Shown here one piece after another: positions 30,094 through 39,424 of a stretch of 52,653 nt of DNA. The first letter of the stretch is position 1. Every line of letters starts with the position of its first letter. The position numbers and the translations under genes were made by a program. The notes under the pieces are model-generated. The model worked only from the letters and a program-made list of their open reading frames with translations. It did not search any database and had not been told where the DNA came from. The DNA comes from Truepera sp. (GTDB taxonomy: Bacteria > Deinococcota > Deinococci > Deinococcales > Trueperaceae), in assembly GCA_965218435.1 (NCBI GenBank), contig CBDCKW010000002.1:1-52653 (forward strand). Reading direction: 5' to 3'.

Positions 30094-31040
30094 ACCCTAA
30101 TTGCTAGTTGCCGCCCAAGCGGTTGACTTCTAAGCTGGTGTTTGAGGACATCAGTAAAGGAGCAGCCGACATGGACGACAGCTTTATCATAGCCGCTTAC
30201 AGCATCATTGCCGACACCTTGCAAAGTCTGGGGCATGAAAGTCACCCGCTAGCCACGGTTAGCGACCCGGAAGTTTTAACCATTGCAGTGGTAGCAGCGA
30301 AATACTTTCAGAATCATCAGGAACGTGCCTTGTCAGTCATGATTGGCTCAGGTCACGTTCCCCGCTTAAGTGTGTCACGGTATAACCGCCGACTTCACGC
30401 CTTAGCAGCTTGGCTTGAAGGGCTACTTGGGTTGCTTAGCAAACTCTTTAACCGAGGGGAGGTGTTTATCATTGACAGTTTGCCTGTACCCGTGTGCCGA
30501 CGGGTTCGTGCAAGACGCTGTAAGAAGGTAAAAGGTAAGGCGTTCTGCAGCTACTGCGCTGCTAAAAAAGAAAAATTCTTCGGTTGGCGCTTACATCTAG
30601 TTTGTACACCTGCGGGTGTCCCGGTGAGTTTTGCTTTACTAGAGGCCAGTCATCAGCATAGGGGGCAGTGCCCCGGCCCTCTTGGGCCTGCTATACGACC
30701 TTACCCCTGTGCATGAACTCTGCTACGGCTTACCTCAAGGCGCAAGTGTCTACGCTGACAAAGCCTATAACAGTAGAGATGACGAAACCACGCTGTTGAC
30801 AGAAACAGCGGTAAAGCTCATACCCGCTCGCCGTAAAAATATGGAACAAAACACACTATCTGAATTCTTCTCACTCCAGCTTTACCGTAAAAGCATTGAA
30901 ACCCTCAACAGCCAACTCGAAAGTATGGGCACACAAACGCTTAAGGTTCGTACCAACGAAGGTTTCTTCATTAAGGTTCACGCTTCCTTGCTCGCTATTG
31001 TGCTTGCCAAGCTTGACTGAGGCTGACTAGCAATTAGGGT
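30094..31040 (+). mobile_element. IS982-family insertion sequence
   Basis: Perfect 15-bp IR ACCCTAATTGCTAGT (30094-30108 and 31026-31040); 5-bp target duplication TTGGT (30089-30093 and 31041-31045). Confidence 0.93.
30171..31020 (+). pseudogene. IS982 transposase frameshifted by a 40-nt insertion
   Basis: SD.EV.T, IDSLPVPVC, FFG..LH, ADKAY and RK.IET motifs; deleting 30656-30695 joins the two ORFs and restores ASHHDLTP. Confidence 0.88.
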
Positions 31041-31364
31041 TTGGTATATCAAACGTCATTTCAAACCCGAGATCAGGCTGCCTCGGCCATCAAGGACTTC
31101 ATCTTGATGTACTACAACAGCTGGCGACTTCATAGCAGCCTCGGCTATGTCTGCCCCAATGATTTTGAATCTCAGCACTTGGTCAACCTCGCTGCTTGAG
31201 GTAGACTTTTTTGTCCGTTTGACCTGACCAACTCCACGATAACCTTAGGCTCGTCTGACGAACGCTCGCTCAAGGACCATTTGACGACCGTATCTACCAG
31301 GTCCTTGGTCTCCCCTATTCGGTAAGACGTCGAAGCTCAACGCACCCGTGACTGGGAACACTCA

Positions 31365-32777
31365 TTAGCTACCGAAGTCGTTTTTCAAGGTGCTGAAGAC
31401 GTGTTCTGCAACCTCTTTGGGTTGACTGGCAAGCATCTGTGTCTCTTCGACAAACCTCGCAACGTCGTGAACCGCTTCTGGCAGCTCATCGCTATAAAGC
31501 TCGAGTAGATAGCTGTTGCGGGCGATTTCATATTGGGCTCCCTGCCAGCCCGCTTTCTCTAGCACGTCGAGAACGTAGGGACGGTGGCGGGTCTCGAGCT
31601 CGACGCGTAACATCTCGGGAAGCGCACAAAGCGTATCTTCGTCGAGCGTCTGGAGAATGCCCTCGGCCGCTTCGTTACGGTAAGCGTCGAAAGCGTGCCG
31701 GATGATTTCGACCAATTCGTCCGCGTCGGCTCGCTTCTCTCGTTTTCGTTTACCTAAGGCGTCTTGTTTAAGCGAGCGTAGCGCCGACCCGGAATCTACC
31801 AGATGCTTGATAAAACCGGGCAGATTGCTGATCGGCTTATTGACGCCGTTCCCGCGGCTGGCAGCGGCTCGGCCGAGCTTGATTGCCCGGGCGACGACTT
31901 CGTGGCTGTGGGTCAAGACAAAGGCGTCGGCATCTAGCGTATAGCCTGTGCTGCGAAGTTCGTCAGCTACGCTCTGCTCCTCAGCCGACAAGGTGAGCTG
32001 CCGAGGTTCTGGGATGGGCAGCGTTTCTTCTCTAACTAGCGAAAGGTGGAAGCGAACTTGCTGGATCGCGCGGCCTTGTCTCAGTGGATCGAACGAAAAG
32101 CGTAGACGGCCATGCGATTCAAACTCTTGACAGGCACGTTCAAGCATCTTACGAAAGTCGCGCCAAGCCTTGTATTTTTCGGTCCAGACTTTTTTCGACC
32201 CTTTGGTTTCGAGCACCCGCATCCCCATACTGAATTTGAGATCGGTGATGTTATAAGTTAAGACTTTCTTTTCGCCACCGTGCGAATCGTGCCACAAGAT
32301 CTCGTAGAGCCGCTGACCGTTAAACGATTCCATCGGCAGCACGTCGAGAAGCGGGATCGTGTTGTAGCGTTCACGTAGTTCGAGCAAAAGTGGGGCAAGT
32401 TCTTCGTTGAGCCGGATCTTGACGTAAGATTCGCCCGTCTCACTCGATTCCGCTGGCACGTACTGAGCGAGCGTCGTCCACTGAAACTCCTTAAAGCCCC
32501 CATCGTCGGTTGGTATAAAGACCTGACGGCGCAGTAGACCCCGCGCAGCACGTTCAGCACGAGCGTAGGGATTCTCGCCAAAGTGCTCGGTAAGCTCTTT
32601 CATACCGATCTTATGAGTAAGGAGTTCTTTATCGCCGCTTTTAATCCGCGCCATCGTAAGAAAGATCAACCTTTTCTCATTGAGCTCTAAGGCCTGACCG
32701 CTTTTTGCCAGCATGTTTGCTTGCCGGACACGCGCTTTACTGAATTCGAGATCGAGCTTTTCGCCGCTTTGAGACAC
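31365..32777 (-). CDS. Plasmid replication initiator protein (Rep_3 family)
   Basis: VRQANML, L.LNEKRL, LAPLLLEL..RY.....D, S..GQRLYEIL and F..ML..A..E patterns; GAGGAG RBS with GTG; iterons upstream. Confidence 0.88.
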   Translation of the reverse strand: MSQSGEKLDLEFSKARVRQANMLAKSGQALELNEKRLIFLTMARIKSGDKELLTHKIGMKELTEHFGENPYARAERAARGLLRRQVFIPTDDGGFKEFQWTTLAQYVPAESSETGESYVKIRLNEELAPLLLELRERYNTIPLLDVLPMESFNGQRLYEILWHDSHGGEKKVLTYNITDLKFSMGMRVLETKGSKKVWTEKYKAWRDFRKMLERACQEFESHGRLRFSFDPLRQGRAIQQVRFHLSLVREETLPIPEPRQLTLSAEEQSVADELRSTGYTLDADAFVLTHSHEVVARAIKLGRAAASRGNGVNKPISNLPGFIKHLVDSGSALRSLKQDALGKRKREKRADADELVEIIRHAFDAYRNEAAEGILQTLDEDTLCALPEMLRVELETRHRPYVLDVLEKAGWQGAQYEIARNSYLLELYSDELPEAVHDVARFVEETQMLASQPKEVAEHVFSTLKNDFGS

Positions 32778-32823
32778 GAGTGCTCCTCTTTAGCCTAGTG
32801 CGTTGTATTAGCCTAAAGCTAGA

Positions 32824-32851
32824 GTGGAATTATTGTCAAGACCAATTCCAC
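32824..32851. promoter_or_regulatory. Inverted repeat upstream of rep, possible autoregulatory operator
   Basis: GTGGAATT-N12-AATTCCAC, about 50 bp before the rep start. Confidence 0.4.
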
Positions 32852-32879
32852 ATTTGCCGCGCCGTTATGCCGGACAAAA

Positions 32880-33217
32880 CGAATATCTTGTCCACCTTAG
32901 GACCGAGCTCGGTGTTTTACACCGGATGATACGAATATTTTGTCCACACTTACGCCGCAACGTCTGTACTTACACCCAAAGCGAACATCTTGCCCCAACT
33001 ACGTCAAGAAGAAGCGTAGCGCACCTTTGCAGCCTTGAAACCAGCGTATGAGACGGCGCTAAAGCGGTTACGAACAATCTGTCCACCGCAGACGAATACT
33101 TTGCCCCATAAAGACGAACACGCTGTCCCCCTAAGCGAACACCGTGCCCCTTTCAAGCGAATATCGTGTCTTGCCTTTACGAACATCATGCCCCCTTTAC
33201 TCGAATTATTCGTCCCC
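32880..33217 (+). repeat. Iteron array (probable replication origin)
   Basis: Ten degenerate direct repeats CGAAYAnnnTGYCC starting at 32880, 32932, 32982, 33071, 33093, 33115, 33136, 33158, 33180 and 33202; the last seven are spaced 21-22 bp; outliers at 33472, 33494 and 33812. Confidence 0.85.
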
Positions 33218-33850
33218 CTATGCAGGCGTTTCTTGCGTCGGTGAGCCATATTCTTGGGGGTGACAAATATAAACTGTTTGGTAAGGTCAATTGCAATGTA
33301 TCAACATCAAGTCATTGACCGGGGTGTGCTTCCGGCGAACGTCACATTTTGTTGCTGCCCGAAATCTTTTTTACCCCGATTTTCCCCCAATCTTTATAGA
33401 AAGATCTCGAAGTCGAGGTCTCCCACCTGAGTAGTTACGCCACAACACAATAAGTAATTGACATGGGGCAACGAATAATATGCCCACAGTTGGCGAATAC
33501 CTGTACCACTGTACGGCCTTAGAAAAGGATTACGGCGGGGTAACCGTGTGGCTCGGTAGCGTGCGTGTCACTACGCTTACAGGTTGCACGACGCCAACCA
33601 CGATTCGATACTTTCGAGACCCCGATAATCGTTAGGTGCTTTCGACGACACCCAGAACCCTTTTTCACGCAAAAAACATAGCGTTGTTCTAACATGGTAA
33701 CGCCAGAGGGAATAAACACCATTCCCGCCGCACTCGGCGCAGGTACACGAAAATGAGCCTCGAATTCTTGGTTATAACGGGCAGTAGCGGTCTATTTGCA
33801 TGTCAAACCTACGAATACCGTGTCCACTTTTCGAAACTAGCCTGTTACAC

Positions 33851-34970
33851 TAAGTACGTCCAAGCCAACTTTCCACAATAATAAGGGATGGCAAATCGAG
33901 CGAACCGCTACATCACTTTGAGCCAAGCAGAGAACGAGAAGTTGAGAGCCTTGGAGCAGAACCCACACATATTCACTGGAAAGTGCGTCTGCGGGTACAG
34001 ATGCTGAGACTTTCACATGAGGGCGCAAGCATGCAAGGGATAAGCCAGTATGTAGGCAAAGGCAAAAGCTACGATACGGTCAGAACCACGTTTGCCCGCT
34101 GGGAGACAGCGGGCTATGCAGGCTTAGCCGATCATGTCGAGAACCAAGGTCAAAACCCCCTTATTACTGAAGCCATCAAAGCGTTCATGGAAGCGAAGCT
34201 AAAAGAAGAAAGAACCTGGGCGTGTCGGCAGCTTTCAGAGGTAATTAACGAGGATTACGGCGTCAAAGTTGGTTCTGAAGGTATTCGTTTGAGGTTGCGA
34301 GAAATGGGCTACAGCTGGAAGAGGGGACGGTTTGTCCCGGCCAAGCGTCCCAGCGAGGACGAGCTTAAGCATCATAAAGCAGTGTTGGACACCCTGAAAA
34401 GGGGGCTTTAGCAGGACGCTTGAAGCTCTATTACCTTGACCAGGTAGGGTTTAGTTTAGTCCTTAAGCTCATCAAGACTTGGACGCTCAAAGGTTCAGGG
34501 ATTCAGTTCGAGATTCCTTCACGGCAGGGTTCAGCCGGAAGGCTTAATCTCATAGGCGCATTAGACTTTGCAGCTAACAAGCTTGTTTACCGTGATTTAG
34601 CGGGTAGCTGTGACGCCAAAAAGTGTGAGGCGTTTCTCGACAGCCTTATGGCAGCGGCTGACCCCAAAGGTTTAACTGTCGTCGTACTCGGTCCGAGCGG
34701 AGCGAGAACACAACGTAATAACGCGAGATTCCATAAAGCCGCTAACATCAAAGCCAAAGAACCTCAGTGGCAAGCTCACGGTTTATTCCTTCGTTATCTT
34801 CCCCCTTATTCCCCGCAGCTAAATCCCATTGAAGCTTGCTGGCGAGTGCTTAAAGGGTTTCTGCTGCCTAGACGCTTATACACTTCTCTCAAAAGCCTCA
34901 GAGAGGCTGTCTTTTCGGGTCTCTCCGTCTTGGATGCGATTAATGCGTAGAGTTAGCTTGGTTGTACTTA
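33851..34970 (+). mobile_element. IS630-family insertion sequence (defective)
   Basis: TA-flanked IRs: CTAAGTACGTCCAAGCCAACT versus reverse complement of right end CTAAGTACAACCAAGCTAACT (18/21 identical). Confidence 0.88.
33888..34950 (+). pseudogene. IS630 transposase (orfA HTH + orfB DDE), disrupted
   Basis: ATG 33888; frameshift near 33968; A4G5 slippery site 34397-34405; YYLDQ, LPPYSPQLNPIE..W motifs; 27-nt insert replaces the Asp of VLDNA. Confidence 0.88.
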
Positions 34971-35413
34971 GCAAGCCAACGTCTCTCACGTCTTCGGGTT
35001 TATACCTAGCAGCAAATTAAAGTCTACTTGCTGCCGATTGTCAAGCAGCTTTCCTTATCTCAAAAAAAGCATGGTAAAGATGAGAAATCCCTCTCTTGTT
35101 CGCATAGGCGAATCGCCCCCTTCACTGTAGTCTGTTGTCTTGACGGTTCAGCCACTTTAAGTCACGCCGGTTTGGGTGCAAGCTAGGAAGGTGCGGAAGC
35201 AGAGATCATAGAATTACCATTGGGTCGCTATGTTAGACGGCAGAGCTGCACAGGTGTCACATTCTGTCTCACCCCTTATGAATGAAGTGAGCTGAGTAAA
35301 AGCAGTTTTATGTGTAAAATGCTCACCGCTAGTTGTAGACGAGCGTCTTGCCGATCAGATAGAAAAATATTCTTTCGCTAGTTCGGCTGTGTGGGACGTG
35401 GCATCTGTGTACT

Positions 35414-35430
35414 CGTCCCGCTCCGGGACG
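35414..35430. promoter_or_regulatory. parS-like palindrome overlapping the probable parA promoter
   Basis: CGTCCCG-CTC-CGGGACG just upstream of TATACT (35435-35440); near-identical copy after parB. Confidence 0.6.
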
Positions 35431-35458
35431 CGGGTATACTGATACGACCGGAATAAAT

Positions 35459-36259
35459 TTGCTAGAATCAAAAAATGATGCGGGCAACCCCGAAAATGGT
35501 CAGGCTTTGAAAGTTATAGCGATTGCCAACCAAAAAGGTGGGGTTGCAAAAACTACGACCGCGATCAATCTTGCTTCAGGGCTTTCGCGTCAGCAAGCTC
35601 GGACCTTGCTGGTCGATCTCGATCCTCAAGCCAACGCTACACAGAGTTTGCCGCAATCCGAGCAAGCCACTGCTCCCACCGTATTCGACGTCTTTAGCGG
35701 CGTTCTTTCGGTCCGTGAGACGGCTTACGAGGTTGGCAAACGACTCGATTTAGTAGCGTCGCATATCAAGTTGGCCAAGCTCGAGCCTCAGCTACAGGGT
35801 GCCGTCGATTCCTATCGCCTTCGTGAAGCTTTAGAAGGTCTCCCCTACGATTATGTCGTGATCGATTGCCCCCCCTCGTTGGGGGCGCTAACTACCAACG
35901 CACTCGTCGCAGCCAGCCACGTTTTGGTACCGGTGACGGCGAGTTATTACGGCCTGAACGCCGTCGCAGACTTTATCGAAACGTTCAATCAAATCCGTCG
36001 GATCATCAATATCAACCTCGAACTGCTTGGCATCGTCGTAACGATTTTCGATAGTCGGTTGACGATTTCCAACGATGTGATAAGCGTTTTACGAGAAACT
36101 TACGGAACCGCTGTTTTTGAGACGGTGATTCATAAGACAGTACGCCTCGATGAGGCTGCCAGTGGCCGTACCAGCATTTTCGAGTACGATTCCGCCTCAC
36201 GCGGCGCTGAGGACTACCACAAACTCTTAGAGGAGGTGCTGAAACGTGCCAGCTCGTAG
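35459..36259 (+). CDS. parA: ParA/Soj family partition ATPase
   Basis: ANQKGGVAKTTT deviant Walker A, DLDPQAN and IDCPPSLG motifs; exact start uncertain. Confidence 0.95.
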   Translation: MLESKNDAGNPENGQALKVIAIANQKGGVAKTTTAINLASGLSRQQARTLLVDLDPQANATQSLPQSEQATAPTVFDVFSGVLSVRETAYEVGKRLDLVASHIKLAKLEPQLQGAVDSYRLREALEGLPYDYVVIDCPPSLGALTTNALVAASHVLVPVTASYYGLNAVADFIETFNQIRRIININLELLGIVVTIFDSRLTISNDVISVLRETYGTAVFETVIHKTVRLDEAASGRTSIFEYDSASRGAEDYHKLLEEVLKRASS

Positions 36260-37058
36260 ACGTGGGCTTCAGGGGGACGTAAAGGCCGAAAACCGTAGTG
36301 GGGGAGACCACCCTTTGGCTGAACGAGAGGGCCGTAATGAAAACGCGCTGCTGGTACCGCTAAGCCGGATTCGGCCGGACCCAGATCAGCCGCGAAAAGT
36401 GTTCGATGAGGAGGCGCTTAAAGAGCTTTCCCGATCGCTTCAAGAACACGGTGTCTTACAGCCACTTGTCGTCTATAGAGAAAATGACCTGTATTACATT
36501 ATAGCGGGTGAACGCCGTTTTCGAGCGGCGCAACTCGCGGGCCTCGAGGCGGCACCGGTACAGCTGGTACACGACCGCAGTCGTATCAAAGAACTTCAAC
36601 TTGTCGAGAATCTACAACGCGAAGACCTCACCTTGATGGACGAGGCGAGAGCGCTCGCTAACCTCCAAAAAGAACTAGGTGCAAGCGTTCGGGGACTCGA
36701 ACAGGCCACCGGAAAGTCGAAGAGCTACGTGTCGCGGCGACTAGCACTGCTCAAGATGCCCATAGACGTCCAGCAGATGCTCGAAGAATCGCCTCAGCTT
36801 TTCTCTCAAGCCGAAGCCGTTGCGCAGATCGCCGACTCCGAACGGCGACAAGCCCGGATCGAGACGTTACTTCATGGACCCGCTTTGCCAAAAGGGGCTA
36901 CAGCCAAGCGGACTCGTGGGCGACCCGTCAAGCCGTTCGAATTGAAAAAGAAGCACTCAGGCGCGTTCGACCTCGTGGTCAAGTATCGCCCTGGTGAGTC
37001 GGATACGTCGGCGCTCATCGAGCAGCTCAAAGCTTTATTGAGAGAACTCGAGAAATAA
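36246..37058 (+). CDS. parB: ParB/Spo0J family partition protein
   Basis: QPRK.F, GVLQP, IAGERRFRA and ENLQREDL motifs plus HTH; GGAGG RBS; overlaps the parA stop. Confidence 0.95.
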   Translation: MPARRRGLQGDVKAENRSGGDHPLAEREGRNENALLVPLSRIRPDPDQPRKVFDEEALKELSRSLQEHGVLQPLVVYRENDLYYIIAGERRFRAAQLAGLEAAPVQLVHDRSRIKELQLVENLQREDLTLMDEARALANLQKELGASVRGLEQATGKSKSYVSRRLALLKMPIDVQQMLEESPQLFSQAEAVAQIADSERRQARIETLLHGPALPKGATAKRTRGRPVKPFELKKKHSGAFDLVVKYRPGESDTSALIEQLKALLRELEK

Positions 37059-37101
37059 ATAATGTGCTTGTTTGGTCGCTGTAAACGCAATAACTGAACC
37101 T

Positions 37102-37120
37102 TTGTCCCGCTCTGGGACAA
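37102..37120. promoter_or_regulatory. parS-like palindrome downstream of parB
   Basis: TTGTCCC-GCTCT-GGGACAA; shares core GTCCCGCTCYGGGAC with 35414-35430. Confidence 0.6.
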
Positions 37121-37209
37121 TAACGCACTTTTTCCCCTAGCGCGGTTCTCACGTTGCAATTTGTATACGACACAATCAGGCCGTAAAGAATAGGATGTTT
37201 TGAATCTCT

Positions 37210-37730
37210 TGGGGTCTGATTCCCCGCCGCTTGCGGCGTAGACTCACAAGGTGAGCAAGTATATCCACAAGAGCCACAACGTAGATATTCTGATGTACCA
37301 CATAGTTTTTCCGGCGAAGCACCGTCGCGCGGTGATAGACGATGAAGTTGACAACGTGCTCAAAGAAGTCTGCATGGAGATTGAGAAGCGTTACGAGATC
37401 ATATTTTTAGAGATAGGCACAGACAAGGATCATGTCCATTTTCTGGTGCAATCGGTGCCCACTTACACGGTTGTAAAGATCGTGCGAACGATCAAAAGTA
37501 TTACCGCACGTAAAGTGTTCCGGCAATGTCCACAAGTCAAGAAGAAGCTTTGGGGGGGAGAGTTCTGGTCGGATGGCTACTTTGCCAGTACCGTAGGCAA
37601 ACATGGTGATGAAGGCTTGATAGGCTCGTATGTAAGAAAGCAGGGAAAGCACTATCAACAACTGCACCAGACGCAGCAGGGGAGCTTGTTTGACTGGAAT
37701 ACCCCGTCCGCTTGCGGCGGGGTTCTTTAT
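37210..37730 (+). mobile_element. IS200-type element (tnpA only); ends approximate
   Basis: Subterminal hairpins CGCCGCTTGCGGCG (37225-37238) and ACCCCGTCCGCTTGCGGCGGGGT (37701-37723) flank a Y1 transposase; no tnpB. Confidence 0.8.
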
Positions 37731-37817
37731 TTTAATGTATGCTTCATCAACAAGGGGAGAAAAACAAGCCCAAGCTCTCGAAGGAGAACTAGAAAGGGAC
37801 CAGACAGTAAGGCTTGA
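37251..37817 (+). CDS. tnpA: IS200/IS605 family Y1 transposase; reads through the right end
   Basis: YHIVF..K.R, DHVH (HUH), KS..AR, LWGGEFWSDGYF.STVG and YVRKQ motifs. Confidence 0.9.
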   Translation: MSKYIHKSHNVDILMYHIVFPAKHRRAVIDDEVDNVLKEVCMEIEKRYEIIFLEIGTDKDHVHFLVQSVPTYTVVKIVRTIKSITARKVFRQCPQVKKKLWGGEFWSDGYFASTVGKHGDEGLIGSYVRKQGKHYQQLHQTQQGSLFDWNTPSACGGVLYFNVCFINKGRKTSPSSRRRTRKGPDSKA

Positions 37818-38568
37818 AAGTCCAAAACTAAGTACGCATGGGCGCTTAGCCTTGTAAAACAAAAGGTTGTCCCGCACCTCCGGTTGTTGTTGCAATAACC
37901 CCCGGGTCTTGTCCTACAGCAAAAATCTGGTGACTTGAGGAATTAAACCACCAGCACGGCGCTGTCTCTGACACTAGCAAGATAGATGGTATTCGCGTCT
38001 CTTTCATTTGAAACACGTTCTGGGGGGTGAGTGTCATTTATCAGGTTGCTGTGCAGACGAGCAGAACTGCTCAAATGCTGACGGGAGTTACCTATCGTAG
38101 AAATAGGGGAGAGGTTGTTTTCTAATCTCAGCTGTAGCAGATCAGACCGAAGTCTTGATAATAGTGGTAGAAGGCCGAATACATCCGGGACTTGAAGTAC
38201 CCGAGCAAGTGACCACACCAGTACGGCGGGACAAAACGTTGTATCACCCATTCCATGCGGCTTTTCGGGCGAGGTTTTACGGTCAACACTTGGTTTGCCT
38301 AGCTCTATACATTCGGTAGTGGTAAGCCTTCTGCTTGCGCTTCTGCAATAGAAGATAGCACGGTGGCTTCGCCGGACTTTGTCAATCTCAGCTGCCACCG
38401 TAGGCATGGCCTTGGTTGCAGTAAGTTTGGGGCAAAGCTTGGTGCTCATCAGCTTGTCTGGGAACGGATCACGGCGTGGCAGGTAAGGGTCTTGAACTCC
38501 CTGCACGAGGTGCTTACCCACGTATGGCCCTAACCCTTACGGTTCGGATTGTAAGGGCGTTCGACCCC

Positions 38569-39424
38569 TTCAATACTCCCTTAGAGGAGGGGGCGCTGCG
38601 TTCGGCGACTGCCTTCGCGACCGTTGCCGCCGAAGTAAAGCTCGAGTCGCTCGTTGTGATGAGCCAGTGGCTCGCCAGCCCCACCCACCCGTCGCTCCAC
38701 ACCCGCGAGACCTGGCTCGTCGACCGCCTCTTCGCCCTGTTGCCGGACACGCGTCACGACCCTCAACCTCGGCTTCTTCGCCGACAACGACCTGGCGGGC
38801 CTGGCCTTCGCGGCGCAGTTCGGCCTCCTGATGCTGCCGTACGGCGAAGGGAAGAACGCGCCACCCTCGAACGAGGACCTGGCTCGGGTCGCCGCTGAGA
38901 TCCTCGCACGCCCCGAGGGGCACGCGGGCCGGACGTACCGCCCGACTGGACCGGCGTTGCTATCGCCGCACGACCTCGCCGCCGCGCTGGGCCGGGCGCT
39001 CGGCCGCCGGGTGCGGTACGTAAACGCGCCCATCGGTGTCCTCACCAAGGTGCTGCGCGGGATGGGCCTTTCCGAGTTCGGCATCGCGCAGTACACCCAG
39101 TACGTCCGCGACTACCGGCGTGGCGCATTCGCCGTGAACGCCCCGACGAGCGTCGTGCGTGATCTCACGGGACGCGAGCCCGAGGACTTCGAGGCGATCG
39201 CGCGGCGCTACGCCACCTCACCTGGGGCCACGCGTGGCGTCCGGCAGCAACTCAGCCTCATGCTGCAATCCACGTTGTGGATACTGCGATCTGCACCGAA
39301 GACGACGCCCTTGCTCGCGCTCGGGGACTTCACGGATATGAAGCACCCTAGCCTCAGCGCTGACTCGGCCGAGTGGCGGCGCGAGCACGCCCCTTCCCTG
39401 AAAGCGGCCCTCGCAGGGGACTAA
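38569..39424 (+). pseudogene. NmrA-like NAD(P)H-binding protein, 5'-truncated and frameshifted
   Basis: SQWLA.P.HPS, GFFADN, NAPPSNED.ARV and YRPTGP motifs; frameshift near 38752; Rossmann N-terminus missing. Confidence 0.75.

Larger units (their letters stand above)
29791..31236 (+). mobile_element. IS3-family remnant (3' part of orfB plus right end), interrupted by IS982
   Basis: KEGWLYLAAVMD..SKRIIG, SD.GSQY (frameshift at G4 29955-29958), DNA..ESF..TLKKEL|V..., YYN..RLHSSLGY, TGA 31197-31199, end ...CCAACTCCA. Confidence 0.85.

Noticed and set aside
33071..33217. Regular repeats as a CRISPR or other guide array
   Set aside because: The period is only 21-22 bp, repeats are degenerate, there is no room for spacers and no cas genes; position beside rep fits iterons
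37828..37836. CTAAGTACG identical to the start of the IS630 left end
   Set aside because: Only 9 bp, with no matching second end or transposase
37730..38500. tnpB/omegaRNA associated with the IS200 tnpA
   Set aside because: No RuvC or zinc-finger ORF, and the right-end hairpin follows tnpA directly
37943..38521. 192-aa minus-strand ORF and neighbouring short ORFs
   Set aside because: No recognisable motifs or RBS; probably degraded DNA
38545..38575. GTTCGA as a tRNA T-loop
   Set aside because: No cloverleaf, acceptor stem or CCA can be built around it
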